Shown: positions 59,297 through 64,000 of the stretch, in pieces
Numbering within the stretch: the first letter of the stretch is position 1
How the letters are laid out: each line of letters begins with the position of its first letter
IMG/VR virus record: IMGVR_UViG_3300025732_000021
Location: 57,868-121,867 of that record
Reading direction: 5' to 3' (one strand)
Length of the DNA: 64,000 nucleotides
Source of the DNA: a virus
Program-made: the position numbers and the translations under genes
Notes under the pieces: model-generated
What the model was told of the DNA's origin: nothing
Seen by the model: the letters and a program-made list of their open reading frames with translations, nothing else
Database searches by the model: none

Positions 59297-59983
59297 TTAA
59301 TCTTTTATTTCTTCATACTCTAGCCCCATGCCAATACCAAATCCAGCCTGACTAGCATTTATTCCTTGAAGTGAAAGAACATCTCTTGAGTCTGATGCCT
59401 TACCTTTACTAAATACTCTTGCTTTCATATCTTCCCAAGCATTTGACTTTTTAGTATTTTTATCTAAATCTACACCTTGAATTGCAGCATAAAACTTTTT
59501 ATCTGAATAATCTAACTCTCTTTTTATATTTAAGGTTTCTGTTAATTCTGGCATAGACATTGATGTTTCTAGTTCTTCATAGTCTTTCCAAATACCGAGC
59601 AAAAATACCTCTGCCTCAAGTTTGACCAAATCGAGTTTATCCCATGAAGCGCCTGGACTTTCTGTTGCTTGATCTTTTATTTTTTCTTGGGATTCTTTAT
59701 CTATTTTAATTCCCGCAGCAATATCTAATACTTTATAAATTGTTTTAATATCTATATTATCTTCAAGTTCTTCTATTGTTTTAATATTTGGATAATATTG
59801 TTTCATGCAGATTAATGCACATTTTGCTAATTCTGAAATAGCCTCTTCATCACTTTTTGACTTTTTAACATTTTCAAACTGTTCCATAAATAAACGAAGA
59901 TATTTTATTTTTAGTGGGGTAACATATATTTCTGTTCCATCAATTAATTCAACATATCCACTATTATATATTTCGGTAGCCAT
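59297..59983 (-). CDS. Tail assembly chaperone, gpGT-like (G-paralog domain plus C-terminal extension)
   Basis: N-terminal about 95 aa paralogous to 58921-59247; start MATEIY. Confidence 0.75.
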   Translation of the reverse strand: MATEIYNSGYVELIDGTEIYVTPLKIKYLRLFMEQFENVKKSKSDEEAISELAKCALICMKQYYPNIKTIEELEDNIDIKTIYKVLDIAAGIKIDKESQEKIKDQATESPGASWDKLDLVKLEAEVFLLGIWKDYEELETSMSMPELTETLNIKRELDYSDKKFYAAIQGVDLDKNTKKSNAWEDMKARVFSKGKASDSRDVLSLQGINASQAGFGIGMGLEYEEIKD

Positions 59984-59989
59984 GTATTT

Positions 59990-59998
59990 ATTATAGCA
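59990..59998 (-). promoter_or_regulatory. Extended -10, probable leaderless start
   Basis: TGCTATAAT 6 nt before ATG at 59983, no SD. Confidence 0.6.
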
Positions 59999-60003
59999 AA
60001 CAG

Positions 60004-60036
60004 AAAAGCCCAGCCTTTTCAAATATGACTGGGCTA
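60004..60036 (-). terminator. Probable intrinsic terminator after the major tail gene
   Basis: AGCCCAGTC...GGCTGGGCT followed by TTTCTGTTT. Confidence 0.7.
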
Positions 60037-60055
60037 TCCGTTTTATTAAGTTGTA

Positions 60056-60679
60056 TTATGGAGTTACAGTGCGATCAATGATCTTACCGTATGAACCTGT
60101 TGAATCTTCTGGTAGCAAACGGAATGAAACTTCAAACATTGTAGCCTCATCACGCTTTGCAGACACAGTTACATTCTCAATTGAGAGTGCACGATATGCA
60201 ACATAGATTCTTTCCTTGTTGGAACCTTCTTCGCAATCACCTGTTCCAGGACCTACTGCTACTAAACCACGTTCTACTGGGCATTCGCCAAGATTACCTG
60301 ATTTAATATTAAAGACCTGGCCATTTGATGTACCCTTGTCACCAGTAAGGTCTCCAGGACCACCAGCAACAGCAATAAGAAGATTTTCCAATGTGGCTTC
60401 AGCAAATGTTGTGTTTAGATTTACTTGCATGCCTTGCTTAAAAAGTTTAGCAACGTCAAGGATCTGATCAACAGCAACCTCACCAAAGTCTGGCTGGAAC
60501 TGTAGTTCCAAACCATTCATTGTATATCCAACCGATTCAAAGCCTGCTGTGTCATCAAGTGTCGCAACATATGCTTCGCCAGATACTGGGGTTGGATTTC
60601 CACCCAAGGCTAATGGTCCGTCATGAACAAAAACCTGGGCTGCACCAACGATAATATTAGTACTATTACCTAGAGCCAT
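60056..60679 (-). CDS. Major tail (tube) protein
   Basis: NIIVGAA, VGYT.NG, TFAEATLENL, F.VSFRLLP; position; GAGGTG SD. Confidence 0.85.
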   Translation of the reverse strand: MALGNSTNIIVGAAQVFVHDGPLALGGNPTPVSGEAYVATLDDTAGFESVGYTMNGLELQFQPDFGEVAVDQILDVAKLFKQGMQVNLNTTFAEATLENLLIAVAGGPGDLTGDKGTSNGQVFNIKSGNLGECPVERGLVAVGPGTGDCEEGSNKERIYVAYRALSIENVTVSAKRDEATMFEVSFRLLPEDSTGSYGKIIDRTVTP

Positions 60680-60751
60680 TTATATTTCACCTCTTTATTT
60701 TTCTAGAAATTAAAAGGCGTGTTTCCTCATTGATAAGTATACAGCCTTATT

Positions 60752-61258
60752 TTAAGATTTATGCCAGTCATAGTCTATTATTAGTTTATTGCCAGCAAAT
60801 GTTCTGGCTGTTCCAAAATCTATGATATCCCTGGTTTCTTCGAGTTGATATACCTTAATATTGTGAAAATATACTGGTAAAAATTCTTTATCTGCCACGA
60901 CAAACTTACCTTCATTTGTTAGTCTTTGGTCTATCCATCTATTTAACTCTTGTGCTGATTCGTCTGCATTATCTAACAAATCCTGCACTCTTTGAGTATG
61001 CTCTATTAGTAATTCTGGATCTCCATCTATTTTATAAAAATAATATAACAATTGCTCACATTTAATATGTGGAAATGGTCCACGACGCATTTTAAACATT
61101 CTATCAAAAACAGCAAACATACCATCTGGAAATGACTCCGTTAATGAGTGTAAGTCTGTTGGCATTGATGGAAAAAATGGTATTGTTTCTTTTCCAGACA
61201 TAGGAAGTTTATCCTTTAGATATTCATTAATAAATATTGGTGGGTAATATATTGCCAT
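60752..61258 (-). CDS. Probable tail terminator / completion protein
   Basis: Position upstream of the major tail gene. Confidence 0.55.
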   Translation of the reverse strand: MAIYYPPIFINEYLKDKLPMSGKETIPFFPSMPTDLHSLTESFPDGMFAVFDRMFKMRRGPFPHIKCEQLLYYFYKIDGDPELLIEHTQRVQDLLDNADESAQELNRWIDQRLTNEGKFVVADKEFLPVYFHNIKVYQLEETRDIIDFGTARTFAGNKLIIDYDWHKS

Positions 61259-61932
61259 TATTTAATCACTCCCGCATTTGCAATCCAACGATATCCTGTT
61301 TCATATCCTTTTGCTTTTCCACCTTTTTTACCAGCATTTAAATTTTTCTTATATGATGTAGGATTTTCTAAATAGTTTGCAATACCACTAATTCTTAAGA
61401 ATGCTTGTGTAAAAAACCTATTAAAAAATGAATCAAATATTTTTTCAAAACCACCCTGAACTGCAGTTCCTCCAGGATTTAAAACCTCTACAGGCTGTCT
61501 TGTAAAAATTTCTTCTCCATCAACTTCAAATGCTAAAGCCTGTGCTCTTACTGGACGAATCGTTACTGGTATTCCTTGTTCCATAATTCTTGCTTTATCA
61601 TAAAAAGGAACACGTGATCCATTTTTAATTGATGTAGATTGTTTAAAAGTTGACCTAAAAGAAAGTCCTACATTACTTGCTGTATATTGAATATCATATA
61701 ATCTTGCATTAGGACTTCCTGTTTGATACCATTCATAAACATGATGTAACATTTCTGGATTAACCCTAGCATTAGAATCTATATACTCTTTCATTAATTC
61801 TACTGTTTCTATACCAAGTGTACTCAAAAATGCTTTTTTGCCACCTTGTATTCCATCAACATATCCTATAGAATAATCTATAATATTTTTCATATCTTTA
61901 CGAAATGCAGTAGTGTTGAATGCAACTATCAT
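61258..61932 (-). CDS. Probable neck / tail completion protein
   Basis: Position in the head-tail module. Confidence 0.55.
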   Translation of the reverse strand: MIVAFNTTAFRKDMKNIIDYSIGYVDGIQGGKKAFLSTLGIETVELMKEYIDSNARVNPEMLHHVYEWYQTGSPNARLYDIQYTASNVGLSFRSTFKQSTSIKNGSRVPFYDKARIMEQGIPVTIRPVRAQALAFEVDGEEIFTRQPVEVLNPGGTAVQGGFEKIFDSFFNRFFTQAFLRISGIANYLENPTSYKKNLNAGKKGGKAKGYETGYRWIANAGVIK

Positions 61933-62375
61933 ACATCTACCGCCTGGTTTTCTGATCTACGCAATATAAGTTTGTAATACTCTACATTACCAAATGGGCC
62001 AGCAAATGGTTCTTGTGTTGCTATTTCAAATATTGTAGACTTGCCTGCACGTGGACCAGATGTTTCAGTATATATTTCATTACAGTTTTTATCTTTAATA
62101 TTTGTAATAATAACATTTGTAATTGTATTTTTTGCATTAATACTAGATATGCGGACATCTGTTTTACATCTTCCCAAAAGTAATTTTTCTTGTGTTATAT
62201 TTATATTTGGTGTTATTTCTTCTTTAAATGCAGTTCCTGCTGCTGCAAAAGAACATGCAATTGTTCTATCTAAGATCCAAGTTTTCTTAACATTTCCATA
62301 TGCACCTTGTTCAACTATTGGATGGTATATGTCTGCCTGCATGGGAAAAGCGAAGTCTGGTTCCTCGCAAATCAT
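61929..62375 (-). CDS. Probable head-tail stopper
   Basis: Size, position and beta-rich pattern. Confidence 0.55.
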   Translation of the reverse strand: MICEEPDFAFPMQADIYHPIVEQGAYGNVKKTWILDRTIACSFAAAGTAFKEEITPNINITQEKLLLGRCKTDVRISSINAKNTITNVIITNIKDKNCNEIYTETSGPRAGKSTIFEIATQEPFAGPFGNVEYYKLILRRSENQAVDV

Positions 62376-63295
62376 TATAAAACTCCTGGCTTAGTTATTG
62401 TCTTGACATATTTATCTAAAATTTTATCTACTACCATATTTCCAGTACCAGACATCATACCTTTATCAAATTGAATTCTAAATTGATCTGTATTGTAAGC
62501 AGATATATATCTTGTATAATAGTCTAATTTGCCACACTTTATATCTTCAATAAGCATTTTTGTTGCAACTTCTACATCTGCTGGTACTGCACGATATCCA
62601 ACATCTAAAATAAAAGTGTAATCAAACCCTCTTGGAAAGTCTGTTGGAGAATAAGCAACATATCCTAAATCTCCATGTGCTGTAGAAATTTTTGTTAAAT
62701 CATTTTCTCTTCTATTTTTTTCTTGTCCAACAGTTGCTGTTTCAACTTTATATATTGCAGAATTATCTAATAAAACTTTATACTCAAATTCATAATTTTC
62801 TGGGTTATCAATATCATATACTAAAATATCATTTTCATAAACTTTTAAAACTCTGTTAAAGTCATGCCATATTGGAAAATAATCTGCACCATTTCCAGAA
62901 GTATTCATTACTAGTTTATGATTATAAAAACCATCACCCACATAAGTATCAATTATAGATCTTGCTATAAGTTCGTACATCTGATATTCTTTAATTTCAG
63001 TTGCTGTTTGTGCCATATCTGATGGATTTACATATGGTCTTATTATTGATAAATTACTTTCGTAAAGAATATGTTCGTGTTCTGTATCATAAAATCTAAT
63101 TAAAAAGTCACGATCAAATTGTACTTTTTCAAGTGGTAATTGATAAACTAATTTTTTATTTGCATCAGAAAAAATATTTGACTCTTCTACTGAGTGATCC
63201 ACCAAATCCTCAACATAAACAATGTATTCATAATTTGCTATAGGCAAATCCCACGTTGTTACTAGAGGATAGGGTGGAACTCTCAATACTTCCAT
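62375..63295 (-). CDS. Probable head-tail adaptor
   Basis: GY..VP.DV..A, TGN..VD.IL.KY adaptor-like motifs. Confidence 0.65.
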   Translation of the reverse strand: MEVLRVPPYPLVTTWDLPIANYEYIVYVEDLVDHSVEESNIFSDANKKLVYQLPLEKVQFDRDFLIRFYDTEHEHILYESNLSIIRPYVNPSDMAQTATEIKEYQMYELIARSIIDTYVGDGFYNHKLVMNTSGNGADYFPIWHDFNRVLKVYENDILVYDIDNPENYEFEYKVLLDNSAIYKVETATVGQEKNRRENDLTKISTAHGDLGYVAYSPTDFPRGFDYTFILDVGYRAVPADVEVATKMLIEDIKCGKLDYYTRYISAYNTDQFRIQFDKGMMSGTGNMVVDKILDKYVKTITKPGVL

Positions 63296-63297
63296 GC

Positions 63298-63774
63298 TTA
63301 TCGACCAAATTCCCTTGCCACTTCTTCTGGTGTAGCAATTCTTATATGATCACGTGTAAGCCACTTATCAGCAGCAGACTTTGAAACAATGTTATATCCA
63401 CGATATACCTTGCCAACTTCTGGCCAAGATACATTTCGTGTTGAAAAGATAGCGACTGTTTCTTCTTTTACTTTCTTCTTGTTAGACTTTTCTTCTTGCT
63501 TCTTAGGAGTAACAGATGTAGATCCGATGACTCCCTCTGCAACCAATCCCATTCCTGGGACATCAGAATTACCTCCGAAAGATGGTGCTGTAATTATGTT
63601 TTCTGCTGGCTTTGGTTCTTCTGGAGCAGAAATAGTTGCAGTAACATTAAGTTCTTCAGCAACTTGCTCCACCGCAGTTTGTTCTACTACAGGCTCCTCA
63701 TTTTGAATTACTGGTTCTGTTGGTTGTGTATTTTCATTAAAAGAAAAATCTTGTTCATTATTTTCTTCAGACAT
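63298..63774 (-). CDS. Hypothetical protein, acidic disordered N-terminus
   Basis: TGTTATAAT and AGGAGGT upstream; follows the capsid gene. Confidence 0.7.
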   Translation of the reverse strand: MSEENNEQDFSFNENTQPTEPVIQNEEPVVEQTAVEQVAEELNVTATISAPEEPKPAENIITAPSFGGNSDVPGMGLVAEGVIGSTSVTPKKQEEKSNKKKVKEETVAIFSTRNVSWPEVGKVYRGYNIVSKSAADKWLTRDHIRIATPEEVAREFGR

Positions 63775-63807
63775 ATATACCTCCTATGTAGATATTATAA
63801 CAGAATA

Positions 63808-63847
63808 TAAAAATAAGAGGGGGAGGAGATTGTCCCCTACCCCCTCT
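63808..63847 (-). terminator. Probable intrinsic terminator after the capsid gene
   Basis: AGAGGGGG...CCCCCTCT hairpin then TATTTTT. Confidence 0.7.
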
Positions 63848-63868
63848 CAAAAGGGATGTACTTACAGA

Positions 63869-64000
63869 TTATGCATCTGCAGCAGCATCGGCCCAGACGA
63901 TTGCATCTTCTTCTTCCCATTGAATACCAAAACGAACGAAGACGGTATACTCAATTGTATCCTTCTTTGCCTTGTATTCACGGTTTACAACGATGTCTCT
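63869..64000 (-). CDS. Major capsid protein, C-terminal 43 aa (partial)
   Basis: RDIVVNREYKAKKDTIEYTVFVRFGIQWEEEDAIVWADAAADA*; HK97-like C-terminus followed by a terminator. Confidence 0.8.
   Translation of the reverse strand, partial: RDIVVNREYKAKKDTIEYTVFVRFGIQWEEEDAIVWADAAADA

Noticed and set aside
1046-63810. All plus-strand ORFs in the track (e.g. 24312-24815, 53868-54326, 35401-35790)
   Set aside because: They are antisense shadows of well-supported minus-strand genes, with no recognisable motifs or expression signals
1-64000. tRNA/rRNA genes, integrase, transposase, stop-codon recoding
   Set aside because: Intergenic gaps are too short and none shows a cloverleaf; no such proteins were recognised; the standard code gives full-length genes ending in TAA, TAG and TGA

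Overview
A 64 kb, AT-rich, densely packed segment of a large tailed dsDNA phage with a siphovirus-type tail. Essentially all real genes are on the minus strand, with frequent TAATG/ATGA coupling. WhiB, leaderless TATAAT-N6/7-ATG starts and actinobacterial-style secreted proteins point to an actinobacterial host, probably a freshwater acI-like one (inference). Reading in transcription order (right to left): capsid C-terminus, head-tail connectors, major tail protein, two paralogous tail chaperones, a 2662-aa tape measure and minor tail proteins; replication and recombination genes (DnaB, primase, SSB, DnaE, RecA, Cas4-like nuclease, two resolvases); terminase; S-layer-like and Pro-rich secreted proteins; lysis genes; then about 20 kb of accessory enzymes. 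Main candidates for novelty: (1) a coupled operon of two GT61 glycosyltransferases, a BcbE-like nucleotidyltransferase, a cupin, a non-carboxylating RuBisCO-like protein and a GDPD-like enzyme, suggesting a phage-encoded pathway that makes and transfers an unusual sugar; (2) three +1-frame ORFs overprinted on dnaE, marked by anomalous synonymous codons, two of them with Shine-Dalgarno sites; (3) the gpG/gpGT frameshift apparently replaced by a gene duplication; (4) a prolyl-hydroxylase/GT60/carbamoyltransferase cluster; (5) several apparently catalytically dead enzyme copies. All family calls come from motif recognition by eye; no database searches were run.
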